A DNA stretch of 64,000 nt from an uncultured Chloroflexia bacterium. GTDB lineage: Bacteria; Chloroflexota; Limnocylindria; Limnocylindrales; CSP1-4. Position 1 is the first letter of the stretch. Each line of letters opens with the position of its first letter. The stretch spans positions 43,238 through 107,237 of the forward strand of contig CAWFNQ010000003.1 in NCBI GenBank assembly GCA_963817245.1, read 5' to 3'. Below, piece after piece: positions 31,216 through 40,539 of this stretch. Both the position numbers and the translations under genes were made by a program. A model generated the notes under the pieces. It saw only the letters and a program-made list of their open reading frames with translations. It was not told the DNA's origin and searched no databases.

Positions 31216-32831
31216 GCGCCCCGGCGGAGCAGGCGGCCGGGGCGCTCGCCGGTCTCCGCTCCGGCCAGCACGGCGGCCCGGCCGTTGACGATGACGTGCT
31301 CGATCCCGACGGGGTGCTGCGCGGGTACCGCGTACGTCGCGATGTCGGTCACGGTCGCCGGGTCGAAGACCACGAGGTCGGCCACGGCGCCCTCGCGGAT
31401 GACGCCTCGGTCGCGGAGGCCGAGCCGCGCGGCCGGGACCGAGGTCAGCTTCGCGATCGCGGTCTCGAGGTCCACGGTCCCGTGCTCGCGCACGTACGTG
31501 CCGAGGACCCTGGCCGTGGTGCCGTACGTCCGCGGATGCGGCCGCCCGGCGTCGAGGATCGGGTGGCCGGGCCGCCGGCCCTCGGCGTCGGTGCACACCG
31601 CGATCCAGGGCACGGCCATGATCGCTTCGACGTCCGGTTCGGCCATGCAATCGATGACGATCGAGACGTCGAGCCGGTCGTCGATGAGCGCGTCGAGCGC
31701 GAGGTCCATCGCGTCGGCACCGAGCGTCTCGCCCAGCTCGCCGAACGAGCGCCCGTCCCAGTCCGGATGGCTCGCGGCGTGGGCCACGTGGATCCCGTCC
31801 CAGCCGGGATCGAGCGCCACGTCCTCCCAGCCGGAGCTCCCCCGCTCCATCTCGACCCGAACGCGGAAGCGCACCTCGGGGTCGCTGAGGGCGGCCACGC
31901 ATTCGTCGACGCCGAGGCCGAGCAGGGCCGGGGGCAGGATGGTGGCGAGGGTCGTCGCTGCGGCCGTGTAGGGATACTGATCCGCCGCCACATCCAGGCC
32001 TTCGCCCCTGGCGCGTTCGAGGACCGCGACCGCCTCGCCGGCCCGCCCCCAGACGGACTTCGCGCCGCACTTGAGGTGCGACACCTGGAGCCGCGCCCCA
32101 TCGCCGGCCGCCCGGGTGGTCTCGATCGCCTCGCCGAGGGCCTCGAACAATCCGGCCGACTCGTTGCGCATGTGGGTCGCGTACAGGCCACCATGACCCG
32201 CCGTCGCCCGCACGAGGGTGGCCACCTCGTCCGGTCGTGCATGCATCCCCGGCGCATAGATGAGCCCCGTGGACAGGCCGATCGCCCCGGCGTCCATGGC
32301 CGCGTCGACCTCGCGGACCATCGCGGTCAGCTCGTCGGGGGACGGCGGCCGCGTTTCGGCCCCGAGGACCGAGCCACGCACCGTCCCGTGCCCGACAAGG
32401 AACGCCACGTTCGGGCCGAGTCGCACGCGCTCGACCGCATCGAGGTACTCGGCGAACGTGTCCCAGCGGGCGGTCAGCCCATGCGGCCGAAGCGAGAGCG
32501 CGACCAGGTCGCGCCCGACCGGCGTGATCGGCGCGAGCGTGTCGCCGCAGTTCCCCGAGAGCTGGGTCGTGAACCCCTGGCGCAGGTGGCTCGCAAGCGC
32601 CCCGTCGAGGAACAGCGATCCGTCCGAGTGCCCGTGCGGGTCGATGAACCCGGGCGACACGACCCGCCCCGTGACGTCGAGGACCAGCCCGACCTCGTTC
32701 GGATCGACGACGCCGAGGTCGCCGACGGCGAGGATCCGGTCGCCGAGCACGCCGACGTCGGCGCGTCGAGCGGGACCCCCGGTGCCATCGATGACGGTCC
32801 CGCCCCGGAGGAGCAGGTCGAAGCCGGCCAC
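31212..32831 (-). CDS. N-acyl-D-amino-acid deacylase (D-aminoacylase), amidohydrolase superfamily
   Basis: 539-aa ORF with PGFIDPHGHSD, LYATHMRNE, QVSHLK, DQYPYTA and a C-terminal DLVVFDP, as in D-aminoacylases. Confidence 0.88.
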   Translation of the reverse strand: MAGFDLLLRGGTVIDGTGGPARRADVGVLGDRILAVGDLGVVDPNEVGLVLDVTGRVVSPGFIDPHGHSDGSLFLDGALASHLRQGFTTQLSGNCGDTLAPITPVGRDLVALSLRPHGLTARWDTFAEYLDAVERVRLGPNVAFLVGHGTVRGSVLGAETRPPSPDELTAMVREVDAAMDAGAIGLSTGLIYAPGMHARPDEVATLVRATAGHGGLYATHMRNESAGLFEALGEAIETTRAAGDGARLQVSHLKCGAKSVWGRAGEAVAVLERARGEGLDVAADQYPYTAAATTLATILPPALLGLGVDECVAALSDPEVRFRVRVEMERGSSGWEDVALDPGWDGIHVAHAASHPDWDGRSFGELGETLGADAMDLALDALIDDRLDVSIVIDCMAEPDVEAIMAVPWIAVCTDAEGRRPGHPILDAGRPHPRTYGTTARVLGTYVREHGTVDLETAIAKLTSVPAARLGLRDRGVIREGAVADLVVFDPATVTDIATYAVPAQHPVGIEHVIVNGRAAVLAGAETGERPGRLLRRGA

Positions 32832-32900
32832 GGCGAGATGATGACACCCGGCACCACCCGCGAACGGGCCGCACGCGACGCCGGGACGTCCCCGACCCTC

Positions 32901-32911
32901 TGCTACACTCC
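32901..32911 (+). promoter_or_regulatory. extended -10 promoter element of tRNA-Ala(GGC)
   Basis: TGCTACACTCC lies 10 nt upstream of the tRNA 5' end. It is the same 11-mer as at 29475..29485. Confidence 0.45.
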
Positions 32912-32920
32912 GCCTTCCGT

Positions 32921-32996
32921 GGGGCTATAGCTCAGCTGGAAGAGCGTCTGCATGGCATGCAGAAGGTCCGGGGTTCGAGTCCCCGTAGCTCCACCA
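32921..32996 (+). tRNA. tRNA-Ala (anticodon GGC)
   Basis: GGGGCTA acceptor with G3:U70, D arm GCTC-AGCTGGAA-GAGC, anticodon stem TCTGC/GCAGA with loop ATGGCAT, T arm CGGGG-TTCGAGT-CCCCG, encoded CCA. Confidence 0.93.
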
Positions 32997-33014
32997 GAGC
33001 GACCCGCCGAACCT

Positions 33015-33039
33015 CACCCCTCGCCAACGGCGGGGGGTG
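33015..33039 (+). terminator. hairpin between tRNA-Ala and leuS (possible terminator/processing signal)
   Basis: CACCCCTCGCC aac GGCGGGGGGTG has an 11-bp stem with one G-U pair, followed by TCGCGTATT. Confidence 0.3.
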
Positions 33040-33064
33040 TCGCGTATTCCGAGGACGACGCACC

Positions 33065-35617
33065 GTGACCGACGCCACCCGAGGGCGCAACCGCATCGAA
33101 CGCTATGACCACGCGGCCATCGAGCCGCGCTGGCAGGCGCGCTGGGAGCAGACGCGCCAGCACGAGACCGACCTCCTCGACGACACCAAGCCCAAGTACT
33201 ACATGCTGACGATGTACCCATACCCGTCGGGCGACCTGCATATCGGGCACTGGTACATCGTCACGCCCAGCGACGCGCTCGCCCGCTATCGCCGGATGCA
33301 CGGCTACAACGTGTTCTTCCCGATCGGCTTCGATGCCTTCGGGCTGCCGGCCGAGAACGCCGCGATCAGGAGCGGTGGGCACCCGTTCTCCTGGACGATG
33401 GAGAACATCGAGAACATGCGCCGTCAGTTCCGGACGATGGGCGCGACGTTCTCCTGGGAGGCCGAGGTGGTCACGGCCGACCCGAGTTACTACCACTGGA
33501 ACCAGTGGTTCTTCCTGCGGTTCCTGGAGAAGGGCCTGGCCTATCGCCAGAAGTCGGCCGTGGACTGGTGTCCCAACGACGGGACGCTGGCGCGCGAGCA
33601 GGTCGAGGGCGCGGACCGTCATTGCTGGCGCTGCGGCGCGCTCGTCGAGAAGCGCGAGCTCGACCAGTGGTATCTCAAGACCACCGCGTATGCCGACGAG
33701 CTGCTCGACTTCGAAGGCATCGACTGGCCGGAGCCGATCCGCATCCAGCAGACGAACTGGATCGGCCGCTCCGAGGGCGCCGAGATCGAGTTCGCGATCG
33801 CGCCCGACGCCTACCAGCCGGGAGGCGACACCCTGCGCGTCTTCACGACGCGGCCCGACACGCTGTACGGCGCCACGTTCATGGTCCTCGCCCCCGAGCA
33901 CCCGTTGGTCGAGACCCTGACCCACCCGGATCGCGACGCGGAGGTCCGCGACTATATCCTGCAGGCGACTCGGCGGACCGAGATCGACCGCCTCTCGACC
34001 GATCGGGAGAAGACCGGCGTCATGCTGGGCGCCGAGGCGATCAACCCGGTCAATGGCGAGCGCATCCCGATCTTCATCGCGGACTACGTGCTCGGTGGCT
34101 ACGGCACCGGCGCGATCATGGCCGTGCCGGCCCACGACGAGCGTGACTTCGCGTTCGCGATCAAGTTCGGGCTGCCCATCCGGCGGGTGGTCGCGGCCCC
34201 CGGCGTCGCCGCCGACGACCCGATGACCGACGCGTACATCGCCCACGCCGCCGACGAGCGCCTCGTCAACAGCGACGGCTTCGACGGCATGGCGGCCGAC
34301 GAGGGCGGCAAGGCCATCGTGGCGAAGCTGGCAGAGACCGGCCAGGCCGAGGCCAAGGTGACATACCGTCTGCGCGACTGGCTGATCAGCCGGCAGCGCT
34401 ACTGGGGCACGCCGATCCCGGTCGTCTACTGCCCGAATCACGGCATCGTCCCCGTGCCGGACGAGGAGCTCCCGGTCCGTTTACCCGAGGACGTCGACTA
34501 CGCCGGCAGCGGGACCAACCCGCTGACCAAGGACGACGCGTTCCTCATGACTCGATGCCCGCTCGGCGACGGCCCCGCGCGGCGCGAGACCGACACGATG
34601 GACACGTTCATCGACTCCTCGTGGTACTGGTTCCGCTACCTCTCCCCGGAGAAGACGGGTGGGCCGATCGACCGCAAGCTGACGGCTCGCTGGACGCCGG
34701 TCGACCAGTACACCGGCGGCGCCGAGCACGCGGTCATGCACCTGATGTACGCCCGGTTCTTCACGAAGGCGATGGCCGACCTGGGCCTGATCGAGCAGCG
34801 CGAGCCGTTCCTGCGGCTCTTCAACCAGGGCCAGATCCTGGGCGCCGACGGCGAGCGCATGTCGAAGTCGCGCGGCAACGTCCAGGACCCCGATGACCTG
34901 GTGTCGCGCTACGGGGCGGACACCGTCCGCCTGTTCCTGATGTTCATGGGACCGTGGGACCAGGGCGGCCCGTGGAGCCCGACCGGGATCGGCGGCGTCA
35001 ATCGCTTCCTGAACCGCGTGTGGACGCTGGCCATCGACCCCCACGGCCGCGAGCCGGGCGACGCCGACGCCGGGTCGCTGCCCGCCGGCGAGACCGATGC
35101 GACCGCCCGCGCGGCGATGCGAGCGGCCGCGCACAAGACGCTCCGTGACGTCAGTGAGGACTACGACGGCTTCCGCTTCAATACGATGGTCGCCAAGCTG
35201 ATGGAGCTGGCGAACACCCTGTTCCGTTATCGCGGGACCGTGGTCGCGGGCACGGCCGAGTGGGACGAGGCGATGCGCCTGCTGCTGCTGATGCTGGCGC
35301 CCGCCGCACCGCACATCACCGAGGAGCTGTGGTCGCGCCGCCTGGAGGCGGCCGGCAAACGCTGGTCCTCGATCCACCTGGAGTCGTGGCCGGAGGTCGA
35401 CACCGCGGCGACGGCCGAGGCCACCCGCGAGGTCCCGATCCAGATCAACGGGAAGCTGCGCGATCGCCTGGTCGTGCCGGCCGGCATCGACGCGGCCGAG
35501 CTGGAGGCGCTCGCCCTCGCCAGCCCCAAGGTCGTGGCGGCACTGGCGGGGCGCACCCCGGACCGCGTGATCGCGGCGGGCGGCGGCAAGCTCCTCAACA
35601 TCGTCGTCCGCGACTAG
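33065..35617 (+). CDS. leuS: leucine--tRNA ligase
   Basis: Track ORF 32957..35617 overlaps the tRNA, so the start was moved to the in-frame GTG 33065. YPSGDLHIGH (HIGH), RMSKSRGN (KMSKS) and a CP1 editing domain are present. Confidence 0.95.
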   Translation: MTDATRGRNRIERYDHAAIEPRWQARWEQTRQHETDLLDDTKPKYYMLTMYPYPSGDLHIGHWYIVTPSDALARYRRMHGYNVFFPIGFDAFGLPAENAAIRSGGHPFSWTMENIENMRRQFRTMGATFSWEAEVVTADPSYYHWNQWFFLRFLEKGLAYRQKSAVDWCPNDGTLAREQVEGADRHCWRCGALVEKRELDQWYLKTTAYADELLDFEGIDWPEPIRIQQTNWIGRSEGAEIEFAIAPDAYQPGGDTLRVFTTRPDTLYGATFMVLAPEHPLVETLTHPDRDAEVRDYILQATRRTEIDRLSTDREKTGVMLGAEAINPVNGERIPIFIADYVLGGYGTGAIMAVPAHDERDFAFAIKFGLPIRRVVAAPGVAADDPMTDAYIAHAADERLVNSDGFDGMAADEGGKAIVAKLAETGQAEAKVTYRLRDWLISRQRYWGTPIPVVYCPNHGIVPVPDEELPVRLPEDVDYAGSGTNPLTKDDAFLMTRCPLGDGPARRETDTMDTFIDSSWYWFRYLSPEKTGGPIDRKLTARWTPVDQYTGGAEHAVMHLMYARFFTKAMADLGLIEQREPFLRLFNQGQILGADGERMSKSRGNVQDPDDLVSRYGADTVRLFLMFMGPWDQGGPWSPTGIGGVNRFLNRVWTLAIDPHGREPGDADAGSLPAGETDATARAAMRAAAHKTLRDVSEDYDGFRFNTMVAKLMELANTLFRYRGTVVAGTAEWDEAMRLLLLMLAPAAPHITEELWSRRLEAAGKRWSSIHLESWPEVDTAATAEATREVPIQINGKLRDRLVVPAGIDAAELEALALASPKVVAALAGRTPDRVIAAGGGKLLNIVVRD

Positions 35618-35674
35618 GCGGCCGACTCGGGTCGGAGCCGTGACCGCGGCTGGCCGGCGGTCCGGCAGCGGCGC

Positions 35675-36322
35675 TTAGAGACCCAGGATCCCGCTCGAGC
35701 CGGACTTCGCCTTGGCCCGGTGGCGCGCCTGCTTGGCGCGATTGCCGCACGTGGCCATGTCGCACCAGCGGCGACGGCCGGTGCGCGACGTGTCGAAGAA
35801 GACCCACCGGCAGGTGTCGTTGTCGCAGATCCGGATGCGGTCGGGCTGACCGGAGACCAACTCATGGACGAGCGCGTCGGACAGGCGAGCCAGCGCGTCG
35901 TCGACCGGATCGCCGATATGGCGATGGTCCACCGTGCAGCCGTCGACCGCGGCGGTCAGCTCGATCACCTGGCGCGCGTGCAGGGCTCGATTGACCTCAT
36001 CGATGGCGTCCTGCCGCGGAGACCGATGCTCGACGACGGCGTCGGCCACCTCGCGGAGCGCGCCACGGACCTCGTGCACGCGCTCGAGGTCACGGGCAGC
36101 GACGCGCGGATGCGCGGCGGCGTGCTTCCGGGCGCGCTCGGAACCCTCGCTGTGGATCAGCCCGCGATCGGCGAACCATGCCAGCGCCAGATCGAGGGTC
36201 GGGAGCTTCTCGACGGGGAAACCATCGTCGAGATCCAGGGTGTTCAGGAAGTCGAAGGTGGTCTCGACGTCGACGTCGTGGGCGTGGCCCGCATGGGCGG
36301 CATGTGTACTCGAAGATGTCAT
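35675..36322 (-). CDS. CGNR zinc-finger protein (ABATE + CGNR domains)
   Basis: C-terminal CDNDTCRWVFFDTSRTGRRRWCDMATCGNRAKQARHR is the CGNR signature. Confidence 0.85.
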   Translation of the reverse strand: MTSSSTHAAHAGHAHDVDVETTFDFLNTLDLDDGFPVEKLPTLDLALAWFADRGLIHSEGSERARKHAAAHPRVAARDLERVHEVRGALREVADAVVEHRSPRQDAIDEVNRALHARQVIELTAAVDGCTVDHRHIGDPVDDALARLSDALVHELVSGQPDRIRICDNDTCRWVFFDTSRTGRRRWCDMATCGNRAKQARHRAKAKSGSSGILGL

Positions 36323-36343
36323 CGCATAACCACTCTACGCCTA

Positions 36344-36405
36344 TTGACAGGTTACGCGCAAGAGAGTACATTTCCGTAACCGATAAAGAACTCTTATCCG
36401 GTTAC
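36344..36405 (+). promoter_or_regulatory. promoter-like TTGACA-N17-TACATT followed by an AT-rich inverted repeat with GGTTAC/GTAACC half-sites
   Basis: TTGACA at 36344-49 and TACATT at 36367-72. GTAACCGATAA (36376-86) agaactc TTATCCGGTTAC (36394-405). An extra GGTTAC lies at 36350-55. The element sits in the divergent gap between the CGNR gene and ORF 36431. Confidence 0.45.
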
Positions 36406-36430
36406 TGCAGCAGGGACAGGGAGGTCCGAC

Positions 36431-36547
36431 ATGGAAGCGATCTTCGGCATCATGGTCCTCGTCGCCGGCCTCCTGGCCTTCGACCTGGGAGCGCTCCGAT
36501 GGGGCGCCGATTCGCGCGAGCGGCAGCTCGACGACTACCACCGGTAA
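36431..36547 (+). CDS. 38-aa small membrane protein
   Basis: ATG follows GGGAGG. MEAIFGIMVLVAGLLAFDLGALRWGADSRERQLDDYHR. Below the track cutoff. Confidence 0.4.
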   Translation: MEAIFGIMVLVAGLLAFDLGALRWGADSRERQLDDYHR

Positions 36548-36570
36548 CCCGAACCTGGAGTCCTGACCTC

Positions 36571-36804
36571 ATGCATCCCTACGCCCTCATCGCCCTCGAC
36601 CTGGCGCGCGAGCGCGCGCGCGAGGCCGACGCCCATCGCCTCGCCGCGATCGCCCGCGGCGCCGCCCCCGAGCGGCCGTCGTGGCCGCGGCGCGGCCTGG
36701 CGCACGGGTTCGCGCTCGTGAGCCGCGGTTCGGCCGCCGTCACCCGCCGCCTCGACGAGTGCGTGGCCGACGACCTCGGTCGGAGTCTGGCCCCGACCGA
36801 CTAG
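36571..36804 (+). CDS. hypothetical 77-aa protein
   Basis: Internal ATG of track ORF 36178..36804: MHPYALIALDLARERAREADAHRLAAIARG.... A tiny-helix gene followed by an MHPYALIALD-type gene is a pairing I recall from actinobacterial genomes. Confidence 0.45.
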   Translation: MHPYALIALDLARERAREADAHRLAAIARGAAPERPSWPRRGLAHGFALVSRGSAAVTRRLDECVADDLGRSLAPTD

Positions 36805-36826
36805 CCGACCGGGTACGCTGTCGAGC

Positions 36827-37237
36827 ATGGCAGCGACGAACGGCACCGCCGCCGTCTCCTGGGGCGACGGCCGCATCGATCTCTTCTGGGTGGACGACGC
36901 GCAAGCGCTCGTCCACCGTTCGTTTTCCGGGGGTTCCTGGAGCGAGCCCGAGTCGCTCGGCGGCACCCTCGCGTCCTCGCCTGCGGTGACCGCCTGGGAC
37001 GTCGACCGGATGGAGGTCTTCGCCATCCTCGAGGACGGTGCCCTGTGGGACCGCTATTGGGACGGCAAGTCCTGGCATCCATGGGAATCGCTCGGCGGCG
37101 AGCTCACCGGCACGCCGGCCGCCTCCTCGTGGGGTCCCGACCGCCTCGACGTCTGGGCGCCCGGTCTCCACGGCCCGATCTGGCACCGCTACTGGGACGG
37201 CACCCGCTGGGTCGAGTGGGAGCAGCTTCCGCGCTGA
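36827..37237 (+). CDS. lectin-like beta-propeller-repeat protein (DUF346/tectonin-like, 3 repeats)
   Basis: Three approx 45-aa repeats of W..W..LGG.L.S.PA..SWG.DR.D.F (e.g. WSEPESLGGTLASSPAVTAWDVDRMEVF, WHPWESLGGELTGTPAASSWGPDRLDVW). Confidence 0.65.
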   Translation: MAATNGTAAVSWGDGRIDLFWVDDAQALVHRSFSGGSWSEPESLGGTLASSPAVTAWDVDRMEVFAILEDGALWDRYWDGKSWHPWESLGGELTGTPAASSWGPDRLDVWAPGLHGPIWHRYWDGTRWVEWEQLPR

Positions 37238-37247
37238 CCGGCCCGGC

Positions 37248-37276
37248 CGGACTCGGCCGGGTTCGGCCGGAGTCCG
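37248..37276. terminator. bidirectional GC-rich hairpin between convergent lectin-like and serpin genes
   Basis: CGGACTC - GGCCGggttCGGCC - GGAGTCCG forms nested stems. No U-tract. Confidence 0.3.
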
Positions 37277-37282
37277 CCGAGG

Positions 37283-39068
37283 TCAGCGTCCGATCGACGG
37301 GTCGGCGACGCGCCCCATGAACACGATCGCGCCGGTCGAGAGGTCGCGGATCATGTAGATGAACGGGTGGTCGATCCGGAGCGTGATGTTCCTGAGCGGG
37401 CTCGGACCGCCGCCGGTGCCCGCACCCACGGCCGTGGCGGCCGCGGCCTCGGTCCCGTGCTCGTCGACGTCGATGTTCGCCTGGTGGATGACGGCGCTGA
37501 TGAAGATGCTGTCGGATGGATCGGCCGGGACGTGGATGCCGCTGAAGTCGGCTGCGCCAGACTCGAACGCGAGCGGCATCCCGAGGCCCTTCAGCAGCTC
37601 GACGAGGCTCGCTCTTGTCTCGGTCGAGAACTTCGGCATCGTCAGCCGCAGGTCGTACGGATAGCAGCCGGAATCCGGCGCCGGAGGACACTTCACGTCG
37701 TACCAACCGGCGCGCACCTTGTCGAGCTTCCTGGTGATCGACGCCAGCTGCTTCGCTGTCAGGTTGCGCTCGAAGGCGGCGAGGTCGTCCGGCATGACGA
37801 TCGTCATCGCGAGCGGGACCGCGTCGGTCGGGCCGCGGTAGCCGAGCTCGACCGCCCGCCAGCCATCGCCCGTGGCGTAGGGCGCGATCGGACCGAGCCC
37901 ACCCCGGAACCCGAGCATCGTCGGGACCTTGATCTTCGAGCCGTCGAGACGCGTGAACGTCTTGGGGGTGGTCTCGCCGTCCTCGAACCACTGGTCCCAC
38001 TCGGCCTTCATGTAGATGGCGTTCACGAGGTAGAGCCGGGTCAGGTCGGTGACGTCCTTGGGCTGGAGGAGCTCGGGGATCCGGTCCTCCGTGTGCCGCT
38101 TCACCCAGGCGTTGATGGTGTCGCGGGCGGCCGCCGGGTCGGAGGCGTAGTCGACGAGGTTGACGCCAGCCCCGAATTCGGTGGCGACCGCATCGAGGAA
38201 CGGCTGCTCGATGGTCCAGTCGCGCTGGGCGAACGTCGTGTTCGCGACGCCGCAACGCCAGCTGCCGCTTGACCTCGTCGTAGTCCTTCCAGGTCGCGTT
38301 CCTGGAGGCGAGGGCCTGGTCGAGCGAGTTCAACCCCGGTCCGAGGGCGTCCCAGCCCGTCGTGTGCAGGACCTTGTCCATCTGGGCCGCCGTCTCGCCC
38401 TTCGCCCCGGCGCGGACCATGCCGAGGGCGAGCGCGATGCTCGTCGGCGAGAACACGGCGTTGCCGCCGTTCGAGGTGACCGCGCTCTCGGTCAGGAGGC
38501 GCTTGTACAGGTCGACGGCGAAGGCGTCGATGGAGCCAGCGGCCTGCTTCGCTGCGGCTGCGGTTGCGGGCGAGCGTGCGACGTCGGACGTCGCGACCGT
38601 GAGTCCGGTGATCGGCGAGTCGGCGACCGCGATCCACGGCGTCCCGTCGTGGTCGGCCGAGGCGACCCACCCGCGCTGCACCCCGCCGCTGAGATCGAAC
38701 CCGACCGGCTCGACCTCGTACCAGGTGTAGCCCGAGGCCTCGACCGGTCCACCGACGACCTGCAGCTTCGTCCCGGTCGGGAGCAGGGGCTCGTACTTGA
38801 TGCTCTTGTCGCTGACGGCCGGCAGCGAGCGGACGCGGAGGTCGTTCGAGACGGTCTTCGCGACGGAGCCGAGGAGGGGATCGCCCGATGGCGCCGGCGA
38901 GACGGCGGCGGAGGGTTGGGGTGCGCTCGAGGGTGTCGCACCTGACGCGGCCGGCGTCGACGGCTGCGCGGAGGCGCTCGGCGATGGAGTCGGGCTCGGT
39001 GACCCGCAACCCGCCAGCATCGCGATCATGACGATGGCCGCGCTCGCGGCCCGCCCACTGTGTCGCAT
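37283..39068 (-). pseudogene. serpin with N-terminal lipoprotein signal and SH3b-like domain; one frame change near 38246
   Basis: MRHSGRAASAAIVMIAMLAGCGS, then LRVRSLPAVSDKSIKYEPLLPTGTKLQVVGGPVEASGYTWYEVEP, then the serpin core FSPTSIALALGMVRAGAKGETAAQM (ORF 37104..39248). After ..KRQLAL the sequence VANTTFAQRDW..INAWVKRHTEDRIPELL continues in the frame of ORF 37283..38104, which holds the hinge EHGTEAAAATAV and IDHPFIYMIRD. Confidence 0.8.
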
Positions 39069-39160
39069 CCCGACCCCCGTGTCCTCGATCAACCTGGAAG
39101 CGTCACGATCGCGCGACAAGGGTCTTCCGACCCGCCGCGCGGTCGGACTTGCCCCGTTGG

Positions 39161-40051
39161 TCATGATCGGACGAGCCTCGTGACGGCAAACTCGAGCCGG
39201 CAATGCTGACTGGGGGCCGGCTCGCCATCCATCTCGGTGAAGGTGCAATCGGCGGCATCCGGATGATCGAAGACGCCCGTCAATTCGACGACCTCACCCA
39301 CTGGCAGAGTTCTTGGCCGCTGACCGGCCGGATCCAGGTGGAGCCAGAACCAATCGCCGACGTCGGACGGCGGCTGAGTCATCCGGGGCTCGACGAGCAT
39401 CTCCGGACCGCCCGTGCCCTCGGAGAACCATCCCGGCATGAACCAGCCGCCGTCGACGTCGCAGTTGCACGAGATCAGACGAGCCAGGACCGTGATCGGG
39501 GTCCGTGAGAAGCATGCCAGCCCAACGGCCGGTGGGAGTGCGGCGAGAGACTTGAAGTCGGTCGGCACGGCGGGACACCCGAATCTCCCGGGAGCAAGCC
39601 AGGGTTCCCCCGTGCGGCTGCCGACGGCGACCCAGCCTTGCGGCAGCGATCGCGATCCGAGCGGAACGACCTCGTACCAGTCGTAGCCGGAGGCCGAAAC
39701 CGGTCCATCGAGGACGTACAGGGGCGCCCCAGACGGCAGCAGTGGTTCGAGCTTGGATGAATCGTCGCTGATGAGCGGCTTCGAGCGGACGCGGAGCCCG
39801 TCGACGAGCGTAACGGCGGGTGCGCCGACCGTGACGGCGGCCGCTATCGGGGCGGCCGATGGGCTCGCGAGGAGCGAAGGCGACGGCGTCTCGGTCGGCT
39901 CCGGAGGTCGCGTCGGAGTCGCGATCGCGGCGGCACCCAACGATGGCGTGATCGATGGCGCGGGGGTCACCGAGGTCAGGGGCGTGCTGCAGCCGGCGAC
40001 CAGGAAGATGCTTAGGAAGACCGTCGCGGAGCGGCGGTTCGGGCCTCGCAT
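39161..40051 (-). CDS. lipoprotein with SH3b-like domain (N-terminal module paralogous to the adjacent serpin)
   Basis: Track ORF trimmed to ATG 40051: MRGPNRRSATVFLSIFLVAGCS, a Pro/Thr/Ser linker, LRVRSKPLISDDSSKLEPLLPSGAPLYVLDGPVSASGYDWYEVVPLG, then a Cys-containing C-terminal domain of unknown family. Confidence 0.7.
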   Translation of the reverse strand: MRGPNRRSATVFLSIFLVAGCSTPLTSVTPAPSITPSLGAAAIATPTRPPEPTETPSPSLLASPSAAPIAAAVTVGAPAVTLVDGLRVRSKPLISDDSSKLEPLLPSGAPLYVLDGPVSASGYDWYEVVPLGSRSLPQGWVAVGSRTGEPWLAPGRFGCPAVPTDFKSLAALPPAVGLACFSRTPITVLARLISCNCDVDGGWFMPGWFSEGTGGPEMLVEPRMTQPPSDVGDWFWLHLDPAGQRPRTLPVGEVVELTGVFDHPDAADCTFTEMDGEPAPSQHCRLEFAVTRLVRS

Positions 40052-40236
40052 CGCTACCTCTCCGAGACGTTCCGGCGGTATGGCCTGGGCGGAACGACGA
40101 ACGACTCGTCGATGGGCGACCGGGCCCGTTTCGGCCCCGCCTTGCCCACTCTGACGCACGCGCCCCACGTTTGTGTCACCCTCGATCGCTCGGACCCCGC
40201 CCGCGGGTCGACCTCGCAGTCCGATGGAGGCGCTCG

Positions 40237-40539
40237 ATGTCCACGAACGATCCGCTCATCTGCGAGGTCTGCGAAGGCCCGATCGAGCCCGACGCCGCCG
40301 TGGTCCTCGGGCAGGAGAGCGACGGCGTGACCGTCCCCGGGCTCCTCGACACCGGGGCCGACGGGCGGCTGGCGATGTTCCACGAGGAGCACTGGCCGAT
40401 GCGCGTCGGCGGATGGATCGAACGCGACCGGGGCCACGCGAAGGAACGACCTGACGGCTTCGGCCGCCCCTTGGTCGAGCGTCGTTCCCGACTACGGCGC
40501 CGGGCGCGGTTCGAAGATGACGACCGCCGTCTCGCGTGA
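40237..40539 (+). CDS. hypothetical 100-aa protein
   Basis: Internal ATG of track ORF 39955..40539: MSTNDPLICEVCEGPIEPDAAVVLGQESDG..MFHEEHWPMRVGGWIERD. The 3' end overlaps the convergent reductase gene and may be over-extended. Confidence 0.4.
   Translation: MSTNDPLICEVCEGPIEPDAAVVLGQESDGVTVPGLLDTGADGRLAMFHEEHWPMRVGGWIERDRGHAKERPDGFGRPLVERRSRLRRRARFEDDDRRLA

Noticed and set aside
30427-32874. An 815-aa ORF that looks like one large protein.
   Set aside because: Only its last 262 codons (YgjP/DUF45, from ATG 31215) look real. The upstream part is an Arg-rich alternative frame of the D-aminoacylase gene (31212..32831).
29520-32996. A segment bounded by two tRNA-Ala genes, considered as a possible tRNA-targeted genomic island.
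   Set aside because: There is no integrase or recombinase, no direct repeat of a tRNA 3' end, and GC is like the surroundings. The content is ordinary: a hypothetical protein, a DUF45 peptidase and a D-aminoacylase.
39766-39800. A CTGATGAG string that might begin a hammerhead ribozyme core.
   Set aside because: No GAAA core element or suitable stems follow. The site lies inside (antisense to) the SH3b-like lipoprotein coding sequence.
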